Assembly (NCBI GenBank): GCA_020054065.1
Contig: JAGVLX010000019.1
Coordinates: 1-52,509 of the forward strand
Origin: Parachlamydiales bacterium
Lineage (GTDB): Bacteria > Chlamydiota > Chlamydiia > Chlamydiales > JAEYWL01
DNA: 52,509 nucleotides
Reading direction: 5' to 3'
A program made the position numbers and the translations under genes. Below the pieces are notes generated by a model. It saw only the letters and a program-made list of their open reading frames with translations, was not told the DNA's origin and searched no databases. Position 1 is the first letter of the stretch, and the number at the start of each line of letters is the position of its first letter. This document shows, one piece after another, positions 38,186-47,081 of the stretch.

Positions 38186-39949
38186 ATGCAATCCAAAATA
38201 AATTTACTCTCTTTTGTTTGGCAATTTATTCGCCGTCAGCCGGTGAGCTTTTTGATTATTTTTCTCTTTTCTTTGGGCTGGACTCTGGATTCTCTTACCT
38301 GGTCCTACCTAATGCGGATTGTTATCGATACGCTCACTCAATACGATACAAACCGCACAGCGATTTGGGGGGCGTTGAAATGGGTGATCATCGCCGGTGT
38401 CTCGTTGTGGATATTTGTGGAGCTGCTCTTCCGCACGCGTGACTACATTCGCTCCAAAGCGATCCCAAAATTGGAAGCCGAGATGCGCATGGCGATGTTT
38501 AACCATATCCAGCACCATTCTCCGAAATACTTCAATGAACATTTTGCCGGCAGCTTGGCGAATAAAATCAGCGATATGGTCACCCAGGTCACATCGATGA
38601 TCATGACGTTGAACATTTTTATCCCTGCGATCGCTTCAAGCATTCTTGTCTTAGTCTTGTTTTCACAAGTCAATCCGCTCTTTGCCTTGATTTTGGGCAG
38701 CTGGATGGTACTCCACTTTGGCGTATGCGCATTTTTTACCAAAAAATGTGTGGAAACATCAAATATTCATGGGGAGGCTCGGAGCACGTTAGCCGGTAAA
38801 ATCGTCGATAGCTTGACCAATAACTTCGCCGTCAACCTCTTTTACCGCTTTGGTTACGAGTATGAGCGGGTCGGAGTCAATCAAAAAATAGAACAAACAA
38901 GAAACTCACAAGCGATGTTTGTCGTGTTTCAAATGTTGTTAGCGATGTCGGTCTTGTTTATCATTATGATTGTTTCGATTAATGGATTTCTCCTGCTCAC
39001 GTGGACGCAAAACAAAATCACGACCGGCGAGGTCGTCCAGGTTTTCTACACCACCTTTAATGTCGTGATGATCTTGTGGATCTCAGGCGACCTTCTGCCC
39101 CAGTTTTTTAGATCGTATGGGGTTGCAACGCAGGCCTTAACTGTGATGAACGATCCGCAAGATGTGGTGGACGTCCCGCAGGCCGCAGAGCTAATCGTCC
39201 GCAAAGGGGAGATCGTGTTTGACCGTGTTTCATTCAAATACTCCGATGCGCCGCTATTTGAGAATAAAAATGTCGTGATTCGTGGCGGAGAAAAAGTTGG
39301 GCTGGTCGGTTATTCGGGTGCGGGAAAATCGACATTTGTGAAGTTGATCTTGCGCTTTTATCCTCTTGAATCCGGCAGAATCTTGATTGATGATCAAGAT
39401 ATCGCGCATGTGACGTTACGTTCATTGCATGAGCAGGTCGCGCTTATTCCTCAAGATCCGCTTTTATTCCACCGGTCACTAGAAGATAACATTCACTACG
39501 GCAATCTAGAGGCGACAAAGGAAGAAGTTATTCAAGCCGCACAAATGGCCCAGTGCGATGAATTTATTCGGAAAACCCCAAAAGGTTATGAATCGAAAGT
39601 CGGGGAGCGGGGTACTAAGCTGTCTGGAGGAGAGCGCCAAAGGATAGCGATTGCCCGCGCGATTCTTGCCGATGCGCCGATTTTAATCTTAGATGAGGCC
39701 ACCTCATCGCTCGATTCGGTGACTGAGCGCTATATTCAAGACAGTTTAGAAAGCTTGATGCAAGATCGCACCACTATCGTCATCGCCCACCGGTTATCCA
39801 CACTGGCAAAAATGGACCGCATCCTAGTCTTTGACGAAGGCGCGATTGTTGAGGAAGGAACACATACCGAACTCTTAGAAAAGAATGGACAATACGCCAA
39901 GATGTGGAAGATGCAAGTGGGCGGCTTCCTACCCATTACACCCAACTAA
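38186..39949 (+). CDS. ABC exporter, fused permease/ATP-binding protein
   Basis: N-terminal TM domain; GYSGAGKS, LSGGERQR, ILDEATS and IAHRLST motifs. Confidence 0.95.
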   Translation: MQSKINLLSFVWQFIRRQPVSFLIIFLFSLGWTLDSLTWSYLMRIVIDTLTQYDTNRTAIWGALKWVIIAGVSLWIFVELLFRTRDYIRSKAIPKLEAEMRMAMFNHIQHHSPKYFNEHFAGSLANKISDMVTQVTSMIMTLNIFIPAIASSILVLVLFSQVNPLFALILGSWMVLHFGVCAFFTKKCVETSNIHGEARSTLAGKIVDSLTNNFAVNLFYRFGYEYERVGVNQKIEQTRNSQAMFVVFQMLLAMSVLFIIMIVSINGFLLLTWTQNKITTGEVVQVFYTTFNVVMILWISGDLLPQFFRSYGVATQALTVMNDPQDVVDVPQAAELIVRKGEIVFDRVSFKYSDAPLFENKNVVIRGGEKVGLVGYSGAGKSTFVKLILRFYPLESGRILIDDQDIAHVTLRSLHEQVALIPQDPLLFHRSLEDNIHYGNLEATKEEVIQAAQMAQCDEFIRKTPKGYESKVGERGTKLSGGERQRIAIARAILADAPILILDEATSSLDSVTERYIQDSLESLMQDRTTIVIAHRLSTLAKMDRILVFDEGAIVEEGTHTELLEKNGQYAKMWKMQVGGFLPITPN

Positions 39950-40100
39950 CCACCACAAAATGTTTAGAGACAATTGCATCATGCTGCGAGGTCTGAATTG
40001 TTTTTGATCTCGCTGCGCTCGATCAAGAAACTGTACGTTCTGATTGTCCTGTAAAGGACACTCATGCTAAGGTAAGGTTGAGGATGCAAGGAGGTGGTTT

Positions 40101-40295
40101 ATGCCTAAAAAAAGATCAGATGATCCCAAACCGCTCAATTTTGATCATGATGAAGAGGACGGAGTCAGCGACCGTTTAAAAAAACCGTTCATGACTCCTG
40201 AAGAAGAGCGTGGCGATCTTGAAGAGGATCAATTTTACGAAGAAGATGTGGAAAGCCCTGAAGAACGCAAAATCCGCAAAGAAGAGGAAGAATAA
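40101..40295 (+). CDS. small acidic hypothetical protein
   Basis: Strong AAGGAGGT SD; 64 aa, E/D/K/R-rich; followed by a hairpin at about 40304-40338. Confidence 0.7.
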   Translation: MPKKRSDDPKPLNFDHDEEDGVSDRLKKPFMTPEEERGDLEEDQFYEEDVESPEERKIRKEEEE

Positions 40296-40472
40296 CTTAA
40301 GGCAAACTGGGCACACCGAACCCAGTATGCCCTAGTTTGTCTTGTTCCTAATTTTAGATTTTCCTCTTTCGATCAATATGAAAAATTTAAGATTAGAAGC
40401 AAAAATTTTGGCTAGCTGTTCCCATGCATTCAAATTCCGCAGGTTAGTTTTGGGATGTCTATAATGTAAAGC

Positions 40473-40502
40473 TTGAATTTATTTTAAAATTGCATTTATA
40501 AT
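40473..40502 (+). promoter_or_regulatory. putative sigma70/66 promoter of the arg leader and argG
   Basis: TTGAAT-18nt-TATAAT. Confidence 0.6.
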
Positions 40503-40532
40503 AGATTGCAGCTGTCAAGGAGGCAGTCCTAT

Positions 40533-40616
40533 ATGAACCTATCAAAACCAAAACAGTTTTTTAAGGTAAACTCATACAGTCTATCGTTCCGTCAAGTTTC
40601 CCGCCGTCGCCGTTAA
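40533..40616 (+). CDS. putative arginine-sensing leader peptide MNLSKPKQFFKVNSYSLSFRQVSRRRR (27 aa)
   Basis: AAGGAGG SD at 40517-40523. It ends CGC CGT CGC CGT TAA, 148 nt upstream of argG. Confidence 0.78.
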   Translation: MNLSKPKQFFKVNSYSLSFRQVSRRRR

Positions 40617-40764
40617 GGCACTTCCATTTTTTCATTTTTACATTTTTTTGAAAGCAGCAACTAAAAGCGTTCTTTGTCGCTTTTTGCTTTCCCATTATCA
40701 GATTTGATCTTGCACATCGCTGCAGGGTTAATTCTAAAACAATTATTTTAAAGGAAATTTTTTT

Positions 40765-42006
40765 ATGGAAATTCAAACCATTTTAGAGAAAATTCATCAA
40801 ACACCCATCACCAAAGGGCAAAAAGTAGCCGTTGCCTTTTCTGGAGGACTTGATTCCTCACTAGCTATCGCATTGTTAAGGCATGTGTATCACGCCAGAG
40901 AGATTGTCCCTATTACCATCGATGTGGGGCAAGGGGATGCAGAGATGCAAGAGATGCATCAAAAATCACAAGCATTAAACATTAAGCCGGTCATTATTGA
41001 TGCGAAAGCGGAGTTTTCCCAAAAGTGGCTTTCAAAAGCAATTAGGGCGAACTCGGACTACAATGGTTATCCTGTCTCTACTTCCATGACCAGACAGCTG
41101 GTAGCGAAGCTAGTGGCGCTTGAAGCCAAGAAACAAGGGTGCGACGCCATTCTTGAAGGGTCAACTGGCAAGGGAAACGATCAATACCGGATGCATAATG
41201 TGTTTAAACTGTTTGCTCCTGAGCTGGATATTTTAGTCCCGGTACGGGATTTTAATCTCACCCGGCCAGAAGAACAGGCTCTATGCGCGTACTGGGGAGT
41301 GCCGGTTAATGAGCAAATCATTGGAGGTGACGACAAAACTTTGTGGTGCCGGTCAATCGCTTCAGGCGCCATCGACCTCAACCAAGCGATTCCTGATGAT
41401 GTGTGGATGTGGAGGATTCCGCCTTATCAAGCTGGAGAACAAGGCATAGAAATCAAATTGCAGTTTGAGTCAGGCATTCCTACAGCCTTGAATGATCAAG
41501 CGATGCCATTGGATCAATTGATTGCCGAATTAAATGTTTTGGCTGGCAGCCAAGGGATAGGGCTGATTGATATGTTTGAGGATGGCATCATGGATCTAAA
41601 GAGTCGCGAGATATATGAAGCTCCCGCCGCGCATGTCATTCTCAAGCTGCATCGGGATTTGGAGCAGCAGTGTTTAACGAAGGAAGAGATTCAATTTAAG
41701 AAAGTGATCGACGCCCAATGGGCCTATCAAGTGTATCACGGATTGTGGTTTTCGCCTTTAAAAGAAGCGTTGGATGCATTTATTTTACAGACCCAAACAA
41801 TGGTCTCAGGAACGATTAAAGCCAAGCTTTATAAGGGGAATATAGAAATCGTGTATCGGGAATCTGATCATTCGCTATTTGCGCCAGAAATCCGGTCCAT
41901 TAAGAGTGTATCTTTTGACCAACGCTGGTGTGCGCACGCTGCCAAAATTCGGGGGCTTCCTTGTGAAATTTTGGCTAAACGAAATCAGATAACATTGACT
42001 ACATAG
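40765..42006 (+). CDS. argG: argininosuccinate synthase
   Basis: AFSGGLDSS, GSTGKGNDQYR and KSREIYEAPAA motifs. Confidence 0.93.
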   Translation: MEIQTILEKIHQTPITKGQKVAVAFSGGLDSSLAIALLRHVYHAREIVPITIDVGQGDAEMQEMHQKSQALNIKPVIIDAKAEFSQKWLSKAIRANSDYNGYPVSTSMTRQLVAKLVALEAKKQGCDAILEGSTGKGNDQYRMHNVFKLFAPELDILVPVRDFNLTRPEEQALCAYWGVPVNEQIIGGDDKTLWCRSIASGAIDLNQAIPDDVWMWRIPPYQAGEQGIEIKLQFESGIPTALNDQAMPLDQLIAELNVLAGSQGIGLIDMFEDGIMDLKSREIYEAPAAHVILKLHRDLEQQCLTKEEIQFKKVIDAQWAYQVYHGLWFSPLKEALDAFILQTQTMVSGTIKAKLYKGNIEIVYRESDHSLFAPEIRSIKSVSFDQRWCAHAAKIRGLPCEILAKRNQITLTT

Positions 42007-42010
42007 CAGA

Positions 42011-42072
42011 CACAAAGAAAATTTGGAGTGCAGTAACAAGTTACCGCACTCCAAATTTTTCTTTTCTTTGTG
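42011..42072 (+). terminator. REP-derived hairpin probably acting as the argG terminator
   Basis: AAAATTTGGAGTGCAGTAAC-AA-GTTACCGCACTCCAAATTTT with a T-rich tail; same family as 11638-11667. Confidence 0.75.
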
Positions 42073-42085
42073 CCTTCATTCTTTA

Positions 42086-42115
42086 TTGACATAATTGTCT
42101 AATTTAGACTAAAAT
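42086..42115 (+). promoter_or_regulatory. promoter with palindromic operator in the spacer
   Basis: TTGACA-18nt-TAAAAT; GTCTAA-T-TTAGAC at 42097-42109. Confidence 0.7.
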
Positions 42116-42134
42116 GTATTAAAAGGAAGTTTTT

Positions 42135-42740
42135 ATGACGGATCTTGAACTCTATTTCCCGGTGGCCCAGGCGATCCACATTCTTCTTCATCCGCATGGA
42201 GAAGTGGTGGTTCACAATCTTAAAACCGGAAAAATTGCCGCGATCTATAACAATTTTTCGAAACGGAAAGTGGGAGATGAATCGCTGATTGAAGAGCTTG
42301 CCGATTACACAAAACTCCCCGACGTGTTTCCTCCTTACACGAAGACCAACTGGGATGGCCGTCAGCTGAAATCGGCGACCGCAACGTTGCGCGATAAAAA
42401 AGGCACTCCCATTGGCCTCCTATGCATCAATCTGGATGTTTCTAGATGGGAGGATTTTCGCCTGCTTTTAACGCAGTGGCTTAGTAATCAAAATCAGCCG
42501 GAAGTGCTATTCAAGGATGATTGGCGCGAAAAAATCAATCTCTATGTGTCCGATTATTTGAAGAAAGAGGGAACTGTGCTCAAAGCGCTATCCAAAGAGA
42601 AGAAACAAGAGCTGATCAAAGCCCTGCATCGCGAAGGTGCTTTTAGAGCCAAAAACGCAGCCACCTATGTCGCTGATGTACTCGATCTTTCGCGGGCAAC
42701 CATTTACAATTACTTAAGGACTGCCGATGAAATTGCCTGA
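42135..42740 (+). CDS. YheO/DauR-like PAS + HTH transcriptional regulator
   Basis: EVVVHNL, FSKRKVGD, DGRQLKSAT, GLLCINLD and LSRATIYNYL motifs. Confidence 0.93.
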   Translation: MTDLELYFPVAQAIHILLHPHGEVVVHNLKTGKIAAIYNNFSKRKVGDESLIEELADYTKLPDVFPPYTKTNWDGRQLKSATATLRDKKGTPIGLLCINLDVSRWEDFRLLLTQWLSNQNQPEVLFKDDWREKINLYVSDYLKKEGTVLKALSKEKKQELIKALHREGAFRAKNAATYVADVLDLSRATIYNYLRTADEIA

Positions 42741-43863
42741 ATTTAAACTAGAAGAGTTTTGGAAAACCTACGAGTTTACCGCACCCTATCTATTGTGCTG
42801 TTCCGATGCCGAAACCTGGAGCCTTCAAGAAATTGTGTCGATGGCCGATCCTGAAGCGAAAAAATTATGGGAATCCCTTCGCTTAGGCTATACGGAGTCG
42901 CCTGGACATCCGCTGCTGCGCCAAGAAATTTCTCAACTTTACTCCACACTGAATGCAGATCAGATCCTGACCTGCGCAGGCGCTGAAGAGGGGATCTATT
43001 GCTCCATGCGTGTATTGATCGAACCAAACGATCATGTAATCGTCATCGAGCCGTGCTACCAATCGCTTATCACATTGGCGCAGTCAATGGGTGCTGAGGT
43101 GACCACAATCCGGCTTAAGCCGGAAACACAATGGAAATTGAACCTGGAAGAAGTCAGGCAAGCGTTTCGTCCTAACACCAAGCTGCTGATCCTTAATTAT
43201 CCCCAAAATCCCACGGGAACGTTGTTAGACCCCATGGTTCAAGAAGGGTTAATCGAACTCGCTCGAATCAGCGAAGCCTACATTTTTTGTGACGAAGTTT
43301 ACCGTTATATGGAGGTGGAGGAATCAATGCGTCTTCCGTCGCTAGCCGACGCATATGAAAAAGGGATTGCATTGAATGTCCTCACCAAATCGTTTGGATT
43401 GGCAGGTTTGCGAATCGGATGGCTAGCAACGCGCGATCCGATCCTAAAAAAGATAAGCTCCTACAAACTCTACACGTCGATTTGCAATAGCGCTCCCAGC
43501 GAAATTTTAGCGATCATCGCTCTGCGCGCGAAAGCGCACCTTCTCGGACGGAACCGACAACTGATGCTAGCGAATTTGCAACTTCTCGATCACTTTGTAG
43601 AACGCAATTCAAAATCTGTCTCTTGGATTCGTCCGCAAAGCGGGACGATCGCTGTCTTGAAATTGCTGCTGCCGATATCGGTCGAAACTTTTGCTCAAGA
43701 TCTTGTCAAGACACGAGGCGTACTCGTGATGCCTGGTTCTGTGTTTGATTTACCGGGAAATTTCTTTCGCGTTGGTTTTGGCAAACAGAATATGCCTGAT
43801 ATCTTAGGCCGGTTTGAAAAATATCTACAGTTGGAGGCCTCCCACCATGCAACAGCTCATTGA
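42727..43863 (+). CDS. PLP-dependent aminotransferase class I/II
   Basis: NYPQNPTG, DEVY and TKSFGLAGLRIGW motifs. Confidence 0.93.
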   Translation: MKLPEFKLEEFWKTYEFTAPYLLCCSDAETWSLQEIVSMADPEAKKLWESLRLGYTESPGHPLLRQEISQLYSTLNADQILTCAGAEEGIYCSMRVLIEPNDHVIVIEPCYQSLITLAQSMGAEVTTIRLKPETQWKLNLEEVRQAFRPNTKLLILNYPQNPTGTLLDPMVQEGLIELARISEAYIFCDEVYRYMEVEESMRLPSLADAYEKGIALNVLTKSFGLAGLRIGWLATRDPILKKISSYKLYTSICNSAPSEILAIIALRAKAHLLGRNRQLMLANLQLLDHFVERNSKSVSWIRPQSGTIAVLKLLLPISVETFAQDLVKTRGVLVMPGSVFDLPGNFFRVGFGKQNMPDILGRFEKYLQLEASHHATAH

Positions 43864-44815
43864 TCAAGCAGCAAGTGTCCTAAAAGGACAGATCCGAACC
43901 ACTCCAATCGAATTTTCTGCTAAGCTATCGACTCTTGTTGGACAGCCCGTTTATTTAAAACTGGAATGTTTGCAGCTTACCGGTTCCTTTAAAGTACGAG
44001 GCGGTTTGTTTTACTTATCGACGTTGAGTCAGGCTGAACGGGCGAATGGAGTGGCCGCTTGTTCGGCCGGTAATCACGGTTTAGGAGTCGCGTTTGCAGC
44101 CAGGCAGCTACAGGTTCCCTGTACCGTTTTTGTTCCCAAGCAAGTCGATCAAGCTAAATACGATCAACTAGTCGAGTTAGGGGCCTCAGTCATCAAATCT
44201 GACTTTATCGGCTATGATGATACTCTAGCCTGGGCGCTGAATCAAGCGAAGAGCCTTAACGTTCCTCTTGTTCCGGCTTATGATGATTCGAGGATCATGG
44301 CAGCCAATGGAGGAACCCTGGCTGCGGAGGTACTGGAACAAGTCCCAGACGCGGTTCATTTCGTTTTACCAATGGGAGGGGGCGGACTGGCTGGGGGATT
44401 TTTAGGGTGCCTTAAGGAACGCAGGCCGCAGGCTAAAACAACCATTTGCCAACTCGCTGATTGTCCAGCGCTTCAATTGTCCTGTGAGCAAGGGAAGGCG
44501 ATGACCTATATGCCGCCAGTCGAGACCTTAGCGGGCGGCTTAGAAGGAGGGTTGGGAGCTCAATGCTTTGATGTATTGAGGACACGCATTGATGAAATCG
44601 CACATGTAACAGAAGAAGAGTTAAAGGAAGCGCTGGCTTGGTTGTTGAAGTACCACCAATATCTGATTGAACCTTCGGCCGCCGTTGCGTTAGCAAGTTG
44701 CTTAAATGGCAGTATTAAACCGAAAGGGACGACCGTGTTGATTTTGACCGGACGCAATGTCGATGAAGCAAAAGTAAGGAATATCTTAGCGCGCCATGAA
44801 AATCATCACCCGTAA
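43847..44815 (+). CDS. threonine/serine dehydratase family PLP enzyme (no regulatory domain)
   Basis: KLECLQLTGSFKVRG, SAGNHG, PMGGGGL and EPSAA motifs. Confidence 0.92.
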   Translation: MQQLIDQAASVLKGQIRTTPIEFSAKLSTLVGQPVYLKLECLQLTGSFKVRGGLFYLSTLSQAERANGVAACSAGNHGLGVAFAARQLQVPCTVFVPKQVDQAKYDQLVELGASVIKSDFIGYDDTLAWALNQAKSLNVPLVPAYDDSRIMAANGGTLAAEVLEQVPDAVHFVLPMGGGGLAGGFLGCLKERRPQAKTTICQLADCPALQLSCEQGKAMTYMPPVETLAGGLEGGLGAQCFDVLRTRIDEIAHVTEEELKEALAWLLKYHQYLIEPSAAVALASCLNGSIKPKGTTVLILTGRNVDEAKVRNILARHENHHP

Positions 44816-45740
44816 AGAAATTGAATCGGTCTTATGCATCCCTTCTGTTTTGGAAGCGATTGAACGCGGTTTTGTGGCTTATAGCTTAGGAGAAGCCGTC
44901 ATTCCTCCCGTTGCCGCACTGCATTTTGATGCTCCCCGCGGCGATTGCCACATCAAGTATGGTTATGCAAAAAGCGGCCGCCACTACGTCATCAAGATTG
45001 CTTCAGGGTTTTACGATAACGATCAGCTTGGTCTGCCTTCTAATCATGGACTTATGCTCTTATTTGACAAACAAACGGGTGCGCCTGTGTGCGGATTGCT
45101 TGACGAAGGATTTTTGACCGATATTCGTACGGCTGCAGCAGGATCGATTGCCGCCAAGTATCTTGCACCAAAAAATGTTGAATGTGTGGGAATCATTGGA
45201 ACAGGTGCCCAAGCGCTGTATCAATTAAAATGGTTAACCTTTGCGACAACTTGTCGAAAGGCAATCATTTGGGGGCGCGATCGAGAAAAAGCGAAAAAAC
45301 TGACCCTCCATCCGGAATTGTGGGAGTGGAAATTAGAAGTTGTTCCTAGCATCGATCAACTGGCTGAACAGTGCCATTTAATTGTTACGGCGACCTCCTC
45401 TTCAAGTCCGCTGTTATTTGCTCATCAAATCCAATCGGGCACCCATATTACGGCGGTTGGTGCGGACGATCAAGGGAAGCAAGAGCTTGATCCAAAGCTT
45501 TTCGAAAAAGCGGACTGCGTGGTTGTGGATAGCCGCAGCCAATGCGCAGCCTTTGGCGATACAGCCTATGCGCTTCAGCAAGGACTTATTAGGTCTGAGA
45601 AATTGATCGAATTAGGTGAACTTTTGGCAAAGCCCTCTTTAGGGCGTATATCCGATAATCAAATTACCCTCTGCGATTTGACAGGAGTCGCCATTCAAGA
45701 TTTACAAATTGCCGAAAGCATTTATAATAAAATCTTCTAA
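44796..45740 (+). CDS. ornithine cyclodeaminase/mu-crystallin family protein
   Basis: LTDIRTAAAG, GTGAQA, HITAVGAD and DLTGVAIQD motifs. Confidence 0.93.
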   Translation: MKIITRKEIESVLCIPSVLEAIERGFVAYSLGEAVIPPVAALHFDAPRGDCHIKYGYAKSGRHYVIKIASGFYDNDQLGLPSNHGLMLLFDKQTGAPVCGLLDEGFLTDIRTAAAGSIAAKYLAPKNVECVGIIGTGAQALYQLKWLTFATTCRKAIIWGRDREKAKKLTLHPELWEWKLEVVPSIDQLAEQCHLIVTATSSSSPLLFAHQIQSGTHITAVGADDQGKQELDPKLFEKADCVVVDSRSQCAAFGDTAYALQQGLIRSEKLIELGELLAKPSLGRISDNQITLCDLTGVAIQDLQIAESIYNKIF

Positions 45741-45833
45741 GAAGTAAATTTGTTACGTCACCGTAAATTTCAAAGCAACTTAAACAACTAAAATGTAATG
45801 TGCATCCTATAAGCTTCACTAAACAGGATTGTC

Positions 45834-47081
45834 ATGGACGCAGCCGCTGTTTTATTAGATTCTACCCGCCAGACTTCGTTACTGCCGCTTTGTTTTGAAA
45901 AGAAAAAAATCCTGCTCAGCGTGGGGAGATATTTAACCCTCCCAGATCTATTTCATGCATCGCAAGCTTGTCGTAAATGGCGAAGGTTATTCGCAGATCC
46001 TGATCTTCGTCTCGTCGTAAATGGATGTGTATTTATAATTGCTTATTCAGATAGTCGCGAGATGACCCAGCCATTCCTATTTTGCGGGAATACCAGAGTT
46101 GAAAGCTATTACAGTACACTTGAGTTTTACCATCATAAAACAGTAACCCGTTGGCGTCACGAAGAACTGACACCGATCGATCGAATCTTAGCTGTATGGC
46201 AAAATCGCTTATACTATTCCTGCGTCGGACCGAATGTCTCAAAAATGTTAATCTTTGATCCGAAGACCGGTCAGTTGTTGAGTACCTATCTAGAATACAC
46301 TCCCACTTTTTGGGATCTTATTGCGCGTAACATGAATCATGTATTTGAATCAGGAGAATACCTGATCGCCAAATGTGAGAAGTGGGTAAAAATTTGGTAT
46401 CGCAATCATGCAAACCCTATCGTACAACTTCCATTTCCAGAATATTATCGCTTGCACGATGCAGTCATTTCAGGCGATAGGCTTACCCTTAGCGCGATGC
46501 AAAATGATAAACTCCTAAAAATATACGAATGCAATTGGAAGACAGATCACTCTCTTACGCTTGTTTATGAATATGGCACCCATAACCGTAGACGATCAAA
46601 AACCTGCTTTGTCAAAACAACAGGGCAATTTATTTGCATTCATAATGGTAAGCAATGGGAATTCGTCTTCAAGCGTAGATATTTTAAGCTGCCTCCCGAA
46701 TTTAAAGATGTGCGGGGAGTTGCAGCCGTGCCTAATCGATTGTTCATTGCTAATTTCGATGGTCAAATGGCCGAAATAAACACGGAAACAGGAGAGGCTA
46801 ACTTTTTTAGTCTTCATATAGATAAAATTGTCCATTTAGAAGTGGTGATGGATCACTTCTTGCTAGCTATCACACAAGAGGGGTCGGTGGTTTTTACCTC
46901 TCTTAAAAAAGATTTTTTGCATGTTTTTCAGTTAAACTTAAACTTTCAACGTTTATTGCGAGAGGACTCCAATGCTTTGAATCCGTATGTACGGGTTGAC
47001 GGAGCAAAAGTGTCGTTCTGGCAAAAAAATGGCGGGGCAGATTGTTGCATTTTAATGGATCTGAGGCGCCTATTTAATTAG
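45834..47081 (+). CDS. F-box-like protein with beta-rich (propeller-like) C-terminus
   Basis: YLTLPDLFHASQACRKWRRL resembles the C-terminal half of an F-box. Confidence 0.7.
   Translation: MDAAAVLLDSTRQTSLLPLCFEKKKILLSVGRYLTLPDLFHASQACRKWRRLFADPDLRLVVNGCVFIIAYSDSREMTQPFLFCGNTRVESYYSTLEFYHHKTVTRWRHEELTPIDRILAVWQNRLYYSCVGPNVSKMLIFDPKTGQLLSTYLEYTPTFWDLIARNMNHVFESGEYLIAKCEKWVKIWYRNHANPIVQLPFPEYYRLHDAVISGDRLTLSAMQNDKLLKIYECNWKTDHSLTLVYEYGTHNRRRSKTCFVKTTGQFICIHNGKQWEFVFKRRYFKLPPEFKDVRGVAAVPNRLFIANFDGQMAEINTETGEANFFSLHIDKIVHLEVVMDHFLLAITQEGSVVFTSLKKDFLHVFQLNLNFQRLLREDSNALNPYVRVDGAKVSFWQKNGGADCCILMDLRRLFN

Noticed and set aside
40471-40508. ARG-box-like half sites TGAAT/TGCAT over the argG promoter
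   Set aside because: The right halves match poorly and the spacing is not the usual tandem arrangement. AT-rich chance matches are likely.
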